DNA from: Podarcis pityusensis
Taxonomy: Eukaryota
Length of the DNA: 64,000 nucleotides
Strand: one strand, 5' to 3'
Assembly: GCA_964106645.2 (NCBI GenBank)
Contig: OZ067046.1
Made by a program: the position numbers and the translations under genes
The notes under the pieces: model-generated
The model's database searches: none
What the model saw: the letters and a program-made list of their open reading frames with translations, nothing else
Told to the model about the DNA's origin: nothing
Part shown: positions 63,532 through 64,000 of the stretch, one piece after another
Layout: the number at the start of each line of letters is the position of its first letter
Position numbering within the stretch: the stretch's first letter is position 1

Positions 63532-64000
63532 CCTGAATTATCTGGTTATTTTTCAAGGGGTGGTATCTTGTTCTCAGGATCTTCAGGTTCCACAGGTGCT
63601 GATGTTGGTACTGGCGTTGCCTCAGGCCCAGAAGGTAGTTCAATTCCTTTTTGAAGGTCCTCTCCGTATGTAGACAGGAATTTGTCTCTCTCTTCCAGTG
63701 TTCTTACTTTAACCTTTCTCCCTCTAAAGGTAAAAGATATTCCTTGGGGAAATTCCCACCTGAATGGAATTGCGTTGCTCCTTAGTAGTTTAACAAGTTC
63801 AGAATAGGCGGCTCTAAGATCCAGCAGTAGTCTTGGGATATCTTTATAAATTTCAATTCTTTTATCCAAAACCTCCAGTGATTTTACAAAATGTAGTCCC
63901 AAGATCTTATCCCTTTCCTCCTTTGATCTCAATGTTATCAAACAGTCTCTGGGCCTCTCCTTCTTTATAAATCTTCCAAGTCTGAAAGCTGACACGATTT
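61078..64000 (-). mobile_element. L1-clade LINE running off the window, lacking the ORF2 C-terminus, 3' UTR and polyA at its left end
   Basis: ORF1 and ORF2 in tandem with a 14-nt spacer. No stops or frameshifts within either ORF. L1-like sequence ends after IKMNVLPRMLFL. Confidence 0.95.
63546..64000 (-). CDS. L1 ORF1 C-terminal part (RRM/CTD-like), 5' end outside the window
   Basis: AFRLG...RPRDCLI...KILG...IEIYKDI...LRSNAIPFRWEFP pattern typical of L1 ORF1p, directly upstream of ORF2. Confidence 0.85.
   Translation of the reverse strand, partial: IVSAFRLGRFIKKERPRDCLITLRSKEERDKILGLHFVKSLEVLDKRIEIYKDIPRLLLDLRAAYSELVKLLRSNAIPFRWEFPQGISFTFRGRKVKVRTLEERDKFLSTYGEDLQKGIELPSGPEATPVPTSAPVEPEDPENKIPPLEK

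Noticed and set aside
1-64000. Prokaryote-style systems (operons, CRISPR arrays, defence islands)
   Set aside because: Vertebrate repeat landscape, very low coding density and no regularly spaced repeat-spacer array.
47699-64000. The two L1 pieces as one element split by a 12.7-kb insertion
   Set aside because: The 3' piece has its own TSD, a large part of ORF2 including the CCHC knuckle is missing between them, and the intervening DNA is ordinary old-repeat-laden sequence.

Overview
Eukaryotic, AT-rich, repeat-dense non-coding DNA from a squamate reptile. Sauria SINEs, squamate tRNA-derived SINEs, RTE-BovB and the MITE families point to a lizard, probably a lacertid; this is inferred from repeat content only. 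I could not recognise any host protein-coding exon, RNA gene or CpG-island promoter, so the window looks like a large intron or gene desert. All convincing ORFs are retroelement-derived. These are an L1-clade LINE at 61078-64000 (minus; ORF1 C-terminus plus an uninterrupted endonuclease-RT ORF2 that breaks off abruptly), a separate L1 3' end with TSD, three near-identical young CR1 copies, and L2 and BovB fragments. There are also many hAT and Tc1/mariner MITEs, probable solo LTRs and microsatellites. The best leads are (i) the 3'-truncated L1, whose geometry fits a long twin-priming 5' inversion, (ii) a Penelope-type palindrome with a split hammerhead ribozyme core, (iii) a BovB copy with an inverted 5' piece, (iv) a 27-nt microexon candidate with an upstream UGC motif, and (v) enhancer-like unique blocks. 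I see no solid evidence for a wholly new biological system. Repeat family names are from memory, not from a database search, and boundaries of old repeats are approximate.
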